From assembly GCA_013115145.1 (NCBI GenBank), contig JAAPAO010000044.1, positions 43,350 to 107,349 of the forward strand: a stretch of 64,000 bases of DNA. Direction: 5' to 3'. Both the position numbers and the translations under genes were made by a program. The notes under the pieces are model-generated. The model saw only the letters and a program-made list of their open reading frames with translations, did no database searches and had not been told where the DNA came from. The DNA is from Perkinsus chesapeaki ATCC PRA-425. Its lineage: Eukaryota > Protista > Perkinsozoa. Positions 36,968 to 47,200 of this stretch are shown here, in pieces. Position 1 is the first letter of the stretch; every line of letters begins with the position of its first letter.

Positions 36968-39900
36968 TTAGATGGTCTCGAATTCAAAGGGATCCATCAA
37001 GTCAGTCTCTGGTCGAGGTCTGCAGGGTTCCATATATACAAGTGGATATTGATTGGCTTCTTTGACTAGGTCACCTAGAAAGATACAAAATAGGTTAACA
37101 AGTATATCAAAGCGATAACTTGAAAATGAAGAGCCAATGACTTCCTATGAAATTATTGTACCAACTTTATTCTACCACTATTATTATAAGCGGTATCAAC
37201 AGTACTTATAGAGCAATTAAAGTGAAATTAGTGTAATATAACTCTATACGGCGAAGTATGTTCTTGTCCTCCAACACAGAGGACTAGTTTACACCTAATA
37301 ATGAGCTGCCAGATTTGAACTAAGATCCACTAGTCTTTCCAATGGCAGTAGGCATAGCCTCCCGACCACGTGCGCATGCGTGCACAGCAGGCTAGTGTAA
37401 AGCAAAGGGCAGCAACAATTCCGTTGTACGATAAGCGACAGCTCCACAACATATCTGGAACCATTAAAAAAGATATGCCGATCCACCAACAATATGACGC
37501 CATTTTCATACCAAATTTCCGTCTCATTAGGCAGAAACCATACCCCCTTCAACCTACTTCCTTTAGCAGCTTGTTCTGGTGGCACTTCTAATTGTTTGCC
37601 ATTTGCCTCTGGTCCAACTATACACAATGTCTCCTCACTATTCTCATCCACCTTCACCGCGTGGGCACGGAAAGACGTCACTGGCCGACTTGGACTAACA
37701 CATAAGAATCAACTTGTCCTTATTTTTTACGAAACTCGCACCTGTAAATCCTATTATTTTCCCAATACCATTTTTGGTTCATATTATTCTGATGTTCATC
37801 ACATCCATATGCGATCAACTGCTCCCTCCCAAATGGCTTGTTCCCTCGATCCAGACATCGGTTATACTTCTTATTATAAACGCGTGTGCCAGAGTGAGTC
37901 TGATGATAATATTAATAATCTGCCAACTCGCCTTTTACCTTACCCTTGTCCATATCATACCATTGTCACCAGGATTGCATGCCTTGAACCTCAACTCCAC
38001 CATTGCGTTAACATCCTTTACTCTCGGCTCCTTAGTGGTTCTGATCTAACCATAGCAACAGGATCAACCACCGAATATACGAGTCATAGAGGGAAGTCAA
38101 ATTCGAAACCCAGAAGGCATACGCTTGTATTTTCCCACCGAAATGTTCATTTTTATTTATATTTTTTACATAGGAGAATCCAGTAGCCGAATCCACTTCC
38201 AATCAAACTGCATATCGCATTAAACAACCCTAAATACGCATCCAGAATCCACACCAAATTACTATAGATATCTAATTACTTAGATACTACTCAAAGATAT
38301 CGATTACCAGGGCAAGCGCTAATGTTGTTGTTGCTGTTTATATTATAGCCCACCTACCAGTGCCAAACATAAGCCACTTTCTTTATGACGAATCATATGC
38401 ATTTGGTCCAACAGTAGGCCTTGGTTCTCGAAGACCGACCAGAAACGGTCCATGAAACCCTCCTCGAATGATTTACATTGAAGACTGTGGCGGACCTGTT
38501 TTGGATCATCAACATTGCCTGCTGTTATAGCCTGCTCCTCCTCCTACCGCGAGTCGATCTCCTATATGTGGGCCCATTTGATTATGTGTCATTTCATAAG
38601 CAGCAGAGGCATGATTATCCATAAACCAATCCAACTTGTCATCGAGATATAGGAAACCAGCTCGGGCATGATTACGTTGAACCTGATTAAGAGGCTCCTC
38701 GACAATAGTGGGGTACTTCTATAATCCTAGCACTGAGTGTCTTTGAGTGTTACCATTTGAGAGCAGTATGCTATTTCACCGCACACAACGTATTGAACAG
38801 AGCCACATTTACTTTGACTAATATTATAGCTAAATAATATATATATATATATCTGATAATCTAACTATAAACTAATAATTAATACAATATTCGATTATCA
38901 TATTTCATCAATATATAACGTTATATCCACTACTACTGTATAACAATATATAATCAATTCATCAATCAAGTCCGATGAAATCTTGGACAAACCAATTCAC
39001 AAGAAGCACTAGCACAACCACCAAATCCGAGCCGTGGGACCGCTGCATGAGAAATCTCAAAGAGTTGAATGTGTAATAATCTGCATCGTGTATCAGTATG
39101 TGATGTGCCTCCTTTCATTATAACGCTGAATTTATTTTAATAGTTACTTTCACCCTTTACTGCTCACCTGTCCACTTCTAACTTTATTCTTCGGTGCTGG
39201 TCTTTCAAAAATATGTCCAATTTTGGCATTACGATCAACAAGTATCTTCCCACCACACATCCATACACGTAATGATTGTTCTATATTCTCTCCACCCCAA
39301 TCCAACATACCTAATTAATATTACTGTTAAATAAATATTATTATTAAATAAATATTATAAATAATATAAATAAATAATATAAATAATATAATAAATATTA
39401 TAATTAATAAACATTATTAATAAATAATTATTATTATTCTCACCTTGGTCATATCCTCCCGATTCTGTCCACCATCTTTTAGTCATAAGTTGTATACCAC
39501 CAACTGCTATTGGAACTTCATCATTATTATCTTCAAACCAATAAAACTCAAAGTTCCATTCGAACATCATTTTAGAACCGCCGCTCATCGATTTATGTTC
39601 CCAAGTAGTTCCTAAACAGACGCTGGTTCGATTCCCACGATCGGTATTTTACTACCATTCACATCAGTGACGATCGGAGTAACAATGGTTTTATAACCAT
39701 TATTAGCAATCATATTTATCATTGATTGCATATAACCAGGTACAACTCTACAATGTCCATCCATAAATAATATATATGTTCCACGTGCTGAATCAGCTCC
39801 TATTATTTTAGCTCTTATTAAGCCTTCACGTTGTGGTAATCTTAATATTCTTATTTTACTTTTTTCTTCATTTGTTAATGTTTCTAATACTCCACCTTTA

Positions 39901-41385
39901 TCAAATGATTTAACTACTATTGGTTCCAATGGTTCCTCTGAATTATCATCTACAACTAATATTTCAGCCAATAGTTCTGGTTCGGTATAAAGGAATGTAT
40001 AATAAATAGTCTTCACTAGATAATCAGCCTCAAACCGTGCTGGTATTACCACAGATGTACCTACCAACCAGAAGTGAAGCCCTATTCCCATATCACCATT
40101 CCCGCAGCTCAAATTCCATGGCAAAAGAATGTTTTAATTAATTTTCGGAGACACCCTGTATTATATCTCCACACTTTACCGTCCTCGTGACGCCGTCACA
40201 AAACCCTTACGGCAAAAGGCAATAAGGTTACACCGCTCTGCAGGAGAAATTGTGCATCCCGATGAACAAATGTCTCCCCAATAGGATCCATTTTCGACTG
40301 CACATAGTTCCGTGAGGTTAAATAAATTCTCAAGATTCTCTCCGCTCCTACTCACCCGGTAGCAAATTTTGTACTTCTTGTCGACCAGTGCCGGGATCAA
40401 CAAGTACAACACCAGATGATGTAGACCGAGGCGCACCAAACGGTTTAAGTAACAAAAATAGGATGAAAGGCACTCCCAATGGTGCCTGACAAAGAACCAT
40501 ACCGCACTTCCCATTTCCACTCGAAGATTTGTGCATATATGTGCGGTAGTTCAGTTAGCATATAGTGCTTTTTGTTAACTCTATTCAAGCTATTCCATCA
40601 TTGCTGAAGCAAAGGACGATATAAAAATGATACATTCCGAAACCTGTCAGGAGATTCCGCCTCTTTTCTTCTAGGCGGAGCAAAGATTGATAAAGTTTAT
40701 CTCTCAGCCATCCCTCTACTACCAAAAAGTGCATTCCTCGACTTCGGCTTTTTTCATGTCGCGTAGTAGTTCCCAAGCTTGGAGGGCTCGTAATGATGAA
40801 TAATATAGTGCACAATAGGACCATTAATACTCGACCTGAAGGAGAACGGGGATACTCATCAGCAGCAGCAGCAGCAGCAAATACAAACTGACACAGAAGT
40901 CTATAAAAATAAAACTGCCGACCCTTGGTTGTACAAATGAGCGGAATGAATGATATAATCTTCATCACTTATATACCACTTGTCGTTCCTTATCTTTCTG
41001 GCTTTTGCAATGAATTTAACTACAATAGTATTGAGCAACAGTACGTAATATATATCTCAGCAAACTTGATAATCTAACTCTTCACTATCCCCGTTTCACC
41101 GCCATCCGCCCGTAGACAACATCCCAGCCTTCAGTGCTCACAGCCCACCCTCCCCCTATTACCCAGTGGCCGATTGGCTGGCCCCAAACTAGCAGCCATA
41201 AGCATGACCAATGCTATTTGGAAACATAATAATATTTCACTTCTATTTCGATACACCAAAGCTACCGATTTTCTGAAGCTCAACCGAAAGCAGCGAGACA
41301 GGCAGTTGGACGGGGATGATCGGGCTGCTGTTGTTGAAGAGGAGGATGAGCCCACTAATGTTGAGGAGTCATCTGGCGAATCCAT
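36968..41385 (-). CDS. GALNT: Polypeptide N-acetylgalactosaminyltransferase (GT27), copy 2, tandem paralogue
   Basis: Same exon series as copy 1: TM EILLCFQIALVMLMAASLG, DGHC, WGGENIEQS, VQRNHARAGFLYLDDKLDWF, VRHSLQCKSFEEGF, LVYMEPCRPRPE; TAA at 36968-36970. Confidence 0.92.
39621..39646 (+). pseudogene. tRNA 3'-end relic D inside a 44-nt GALNT copy 2 intron (antisense)
   Basis: C-GCTGG-TTCGATT-CCCAC-GATCGGT-A then TTTT. Confidence 0.7.
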
Positions 41386-41467
41386 ACCGAAAAAACAAAT
41401 CGGACTTCCAGAAGAAATACTCCAACCAGGCAGAGCGCTCCACCACCACAAATGGCTAGCCTATCCG

Positions 41468-41493
41468 CGCAGGTTCTAACCCCAGGCGCTCCA
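41468..41493 (+). pseudogene. tRNA 3'-end relic F, Ala-like acceptor (U70), variant T-loop
   Basis: C-GCAGG-TTCTAAC-CCCAG-GCGCTCC-A then TTTT; T instead of a purine at position 57. Confidence 0.55.
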
Positions 41494-41536
41494 TTTTGCC
41501 ACTAAACTCAATAAAGCATCTTATTATCAGGAACGT

Positions 41537-42503
41537 TCAATCAGGGCCGCTAGAGCTACCCGATTCTGAGGAACTATCGCCACTATCGGAGTCAACTTCC
41601 TCGATCAATTTCCCCTTTTCCTTTGGCTCTGCCGGCTCCTCCTTTTTATCATCTGTGGTGTACTTGAACCCAACAGCCTCGAGACACTCGTCGACAAACG
41701 CCACGAAGTCAGCATCACAACCCAGCTGCTTCTCTAGTGCAGCAACTCTGCCAGTAATATGTCACGCGCCACAAAATTCCCTCCTGCTACCTGTCGTCTG
41801 ACGAGTCTATTCGTTTAATAATTTTACGTAATGTAGGATGACTCAGTTTACTTCGAACTTTATCGCTTTCGCGAAGCTTCTGAAAATGAAGGTTACTTAA
41901 AGTGTAATAAGTATAGCCTCTGCAATTCGACCGTCACTCGAACTGCCCTGCATTCACAGTCACCAATACAGACACTTCGGCAGGCGCAAAGTCACCGAGG
42001 AGCCTCGGGAGTGTTCCATAACAATACCAAGGGACCCAATTTCGGTGGCTTCATCGATGCGTAATAACATACCAAAACTATTACAGTTCATAGAGGACTG
42101 ATATAGATATGCAAAAAGACATCAAGAGAGCCTCGTTGCGCGATGGGTGACTGCACAGTGTGCAGTGCATACCAAATGGAAATACAAGGACAACACTTTC
42201 GAGATCCCCCCAATCAGTAGATTACCTTCAAGTCATCCTTACTACAACTGCTGTACAGTGACAGCTCAGCATCCTCGAAATCATATAACTGTAATATATC
42301 ACAGGTTCGATCCCCGCCTCCTCCAGTATTCCTACAGGTTTTCGCCTTTTCCTCTGTGGTGCCTGCTCCTCATCTCGTCTCTTCCCTCCAGTACATGGCT
42401 TGCTGGTATGCTCCTTGTAACAGCTTATACTGCAATACCGTCTTTGACAACATACAAACCTAATAACAATCATAGACGATAGTGAAGCAATAGGCGTCGT
42501 CAT
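41537..42503 (-). CDS. ZNHIT3: zf-HIT protein, ZNHIT3/Hit1-like (box C/D snoRNP assembly), multi-exon
   Basis: CCQRRYCSISCYKEH (HIT zinc finger) and a C-terminal KLRESDKVRSKLSHP..AALEKQLGCDADFVAFVDECLEAVG resembling the ZNHIT3 helical domain. The first exon was not located. Confidence 0.7.
42300..42325 (+). pseudogene. tRNA 3'-end relic E, Ala-like (U70), inside a 47-nt intron (antisense)
   Basis: C-ACAGG-TTCGATC-CCCGC-CTCCTCC-A within the minus-strand intron 42289-42335. Confidence 0.7.
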
Positions 42504-42854
42504 AGACGCTCAAAATGTTACATCGGACAAGTTAAAAAATAAATATAGAATTTGCCCATTTCCCCAACTTTAAAAACTATATACGTATACAGATTGCTCT
42601 CCAAGATGAACCATGTGGAATGCAAGTGACCCAGTCCCTCCGTGAAACCAGCAAGACCCGATATCAACTATATCCGCGGAGCCACTGTATTTAATTAGGA
42701 ATACTTCAAGACGACGACGACGACGTCGACCCAGAAAGCGTGCTCTTTAGAAAGAGTATTTCATCAATAGGGAGACTGAGATCTCCCGAGGTTGCATTTG
42801 TATTCGCCTAGAAATCACTAGGATACTCGGTTCGTTTTTCACGGGAGGTCCTAC

Positions 42855-43150
42855 ATTTCCATGGATCACCGTCCATATAAATGACTCTATACTAGCCAAT
42901 AATAAATCCCCTATNNNNNNNNNNNNNNNNNNNNNNNNNNNNNNNNNNNNNNNNNNNNNNNNNNNNNNNNNNNNNNNNNNNNNNNNNNNNNNNNNNNNNN
43001 NNNNNNNNNNNTATTACCAGCATTTTCATGGATCACCGTCTATATAAATGGCTCTATACTAGCCAATAATAAATCCCCTATTACCAGCATTTTCATGGAT
43101 CACCGTCTATATAAATGGCTCTATACTAGCCAATAATAAATCCCCTATTA
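42855..43150. repeat. 67-bp tandem repeat spanning an N gap
   Basis: Unit CATTTTCATGGATCACCGTCTATATAAATGGCTCTATACTAGCCAATAATAAATCCCCTATTACCAG at 43021 and 43088, with a variant before the gap. Confidence 0.95.
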
Positions 43151-44273
43151 CCTATATTTTCCTTCATTTTTAAGGCATACCCAACACGTCTCTGTCGGTG
43201 GTCCATTTCTTTGCCCGCCGCCTTTGCCTCCTTTCCTTCTCGAGCCAACTACTTCTTTAGATGATCCATTTACTATATTACTTGACATAATCCTACATAT
43301 CAGACATTATTCATTACCATTTCCTATTTAGCCATCCACCACGGTTATAAAGTGCGTTGTCTAGTCTCCCTCATTTAACATCTACGATGTCCTCACTGCC
43401 GGGCTACGGAAAAATCGATTTGTAAAGCTTCCTAGGAAGCTTCCCTGTCCTGATATATTCTAACACTTGCTGATTAATATAAGCATTATAATAATATGAT
43501 ATAGTTTAGGAGCAGACTAAAGCCGTCTGATACTTTTTATGGATGGTGGGGTCCTTAAGTTATTCAACGACCCCACAACTGCTTTTCACGCGTAGAATGC
43601 GATGCTGGCATCGATTCTGAATCCAAGAATTGATTTAAAGCACCGGTGGAGTATTTTGCTCGAGATCAGGGACCTCATTTGATCATCTATGACATAATCT
43701 ACGTAAAACGTACTTGAAAGAAGAACAATAAATTTATTACTTGACGCTCACTGATGTCATTTCGAACAATTATGATATTCAGTTTGACGCCACTCTTTGT
43801 TGAGGTAGTATTTTTCACAACGAGCGTTTTTTATAAAAGTGACCTCAAAAATATCTTTGAAGTCATTACTAATGAACTCGTAAGAGAGTGCCATCCTTCG
43901 TAACAGGTACAGGTAGTATCTAATCGACCTCTCAAGAATCTACGTAGTACTTGACGTGTTTTATTGATCACATCGATTTCGTATCCAAAAGATCTGATAT
44001 GCATCGCTCCGCCAAATTTTCGTGTCATGTTTTACATTTTCACATTTCATATTGGCGCTCGCCTTCTCTCGCATGATTTATTACTGCGCAAGTCCCATAT
44101 TGTTTGTAGAGGTGTTATGTTCAGTAGTTTACAGGGAGCAGGTGGGATCAGTATTGACCTATTGCGTATTTTCCTTGTTTCAAGCTAAGATACAGTTGCT
44201 GGTCTCTGTTGTATTCTTATGCGTTCTAATATTCCAGCCCCTACTGACGCCAACTTGAATTTCATTTCTCTAG

Positions 44274-47200
44274 AATATCCTTACGAGGAGCTGCGTAGAG
44301 CAACTAATAACTTTTCACAGGATAACGTCCTCGGTAGGATACATGCTTCCAATCGACCTCAAAGATACGCTTAGGCACTGGAACTTACGGTTGTGTCTAT
44401 CGCGGTCAACTCAAGGATGGCACCGAGGTAACCTCGGAAGAATCTTTTAAAAGTATATTTTGGAGCTTGTTGGTAGGTAGCAGTTAAAGTACTGCAAGCT
44501 CCGAAAGAATCTGGGTTCAAAGAGGAGGTTAAAGTATGAGTGTATCTTGGGTTGATGATGGTATGATACTTTTGAGCTCAGGTTCTATCCAAGTTTCGTC
44601 ATGCTAACCTTGTTATCCTTATGGGGTTTGCCCGTAATGGCCATGAACGGTGTCTAGTCTATGAACTCCTCTCTGGAGGTAAGCTTTTCTCCAGTCTCTC
44701 ACACCGTGGTCGAAAGTCCACGAATGACAACGGTTCTCGACGTCGGCCAACTGCCTAAAGAGTTTGACTCTGGACGTTTATGAAGGACGCTGTGTAGCGT
44801 TTATTGGGAATATATTAGATCTTATCATCAAGTATGAACAGTTTTAAATCAAAACTTTCAATGTGCATATTTGTTTTATAAAGGTTGGATTTATATATTT
44901 GGCACATATCTTTGGAGTGCTCTGTTTCCGACCTTGAAAGAATCTTTCGGAAGAGCAAAGAAATTCCTTCTTTAGAAAAATTATATTCCTTTGTGTAAAT
45001 TTTTCCGTTTAATCATGTATCCACTGCTCTTTATAGGCGACGTATCCAGTCGATTGCAGCCATCAAATAGCCTATCATCATTCACTTGGCATCAAAGGTT
45101 GAACGTTGCATTGGACGCTGCCCTCGGTCTGAGCCATTTACATAATGCAACCCCACGAGTTTTTCACAGGGATATTAAGGTGAATCAGTTTGACGGGTTG
45201 GGAGTTTGTTTTCATTCTGGCATTAATAAATTCTCTCCAGGACTTCAGTCTGACATTCTCGGCTTCGTTGGTGAGCCTAGCTCCGTGATAATGACGTTGA
45301 GGAAATATTAAGCATGTTGTAGGAGCTGGGGCCTACGGTTTAGTTGGTAGTACGAAACTTGGTAACAGTAACGATTGCGACGTAGCAGACTGTTCAAGAG
45401 AGCCGTGTAACATTGAGTCTCATTGGTGTTGTCCGTTTTATGTATCAGTCTTACTCGCGGGAGAATCGTATCGTTGAAAATGTGATGTAAGTGAAAGTCA
45501 TCTTTTACTGTGTCATAGGGAAGATCCCAATGGTAATTATCGTTCACAAATAAACTATGGTGTGTAATTTCAGTGGCAATCCCTGCATGTTTTTAGACCC
45601 AGAATATCCTGTTGGATCGCAACGGCTCAGCGAAGGTGGCTGATTTCGGTCTAGCATGTTTAGCAGAGCACAGATCCCTGGGCCATTTTAAAGTGCAACA
45701 GTGTTCAGGTATGTATTGGTCTATTTGTGACGGAAATATGGTATTATTGTTATTCTTAGGGACTATCGGGTATGCTGATCCAGCTTATATTAATACGTCA
45801 GTTGTTACTGAGAAGACTGAGGTTTATAGGTAGGCTGTGGCGGGCAGCTTTTCAACTATCATATAGCAGAAAGAACATATGTTTTAGCGTAGAAAGTGGT
45901 TCTGCTAATAGGCCATTGAATTGAGGCTGAATTAAATTGTCTGCTAGTGTTCTATGTGGGATGTTCAATTATTGATCAACCACTCGCGTTAACGGTGCGT
46001 TGAGTGACTGATTATTTTCTGTCGTCTCGTAGCACGTATTGAATCGGCTTTACTGTGCTGTCATCATCACTGCTGTTTTTCAGCTTTGGTATGGTTCTTA
46101 TTGAGCTTCTAACAGCTAGACCACCAGCAGTACAGGATCCATCAACAGGCCAGATCCTTTATAACTTCCAAAACGTAGCCATCACTTGCTTGCCTGGACG
46201 TAGATAGGGATTCAGGTTCAAGTAGAGGACAGTGCTCGTATAGCAAGTCAGTTAGATCATAGAGCTCAGTGGCCGCAGAATCCAGCTATTACGGGGAGTC
46301 TGATAGTATTGGCATTAAGGTAGTGATATGGGCAATTGGCTTAGTATTGATATGTACCGTCTATGTGGCTTTGAACATACTTTGGCATTTAAGTGCTCTT
46401 CGGCTTTTTCATGGCATTCTTACTAGGAATTAATTATTGTAAATAGTGAATTATTTTATAAATCAGATAGCACTGCAAATGGTGTATATAGATAGATGTT
46501 AGTTCTACCGTTCAATACCTTTTTAATATGCTACCTCAGATGTGTCGATCAGCGTGATCATGTAGCATCCGGCAGGCCGCGGTTTGTCGATATAGTCAGT
46601 GAACTACGACAAATAGTGCGACAGGCAGATCAGGTACGTGGGCAAGGGGCAATTCCACAACTGGGCGATTTCATAAATAAGTTATTGAATTCTCCCAACA
46701 GGATCGGGCAACAGAAACTCGAACGAAAATTTTCTGTCGTGAGTAATAGCATGGTGAGATGATTCATTGAATGTATATTGGGGTAGGGTGGGATGAAGGA
46801 GATGTCTCCTCATGGACAACTATTAGGGAAGGATCTGGCCCAGGTTATCTGGGTTGCCCGAGTCCTTCTCTTCATGGACTGTCATGAATAATTTATGTTG
46901 TAAACCATTAATGAGGGTATGTCGTCATTGATTATATCGTATGGTCTAGTAGCGTATCTAACCTGTGAGTCGCCATCAGAGCTGCCTTATTGACCTGATA
47001 ATAAAAGTGTAGTTAATCTCCTATTGAGCAGTGTATTAGATAGTGATGATGCCCACTATATCCTTAAGCTCTCTATGATGCGTATGTCCTTATTGTTGGG
47101 AGGAACAAAATTGAAAGTTTCTTTGTCTTATCAATTGTGCCTTGCTCACTATTTATTGTATTCCTGTCGCCCTTATAGGGCTTACGCTGTATTATTATTG

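Noticed and set aside
46172-46195. CGTAGCCATC as a dinoflagellate/perkinsid spliced-leader relic
   Set aside because: Only about 10 nt match, it sits at an internal intron donor, and the GGCTCAAG end is absent.
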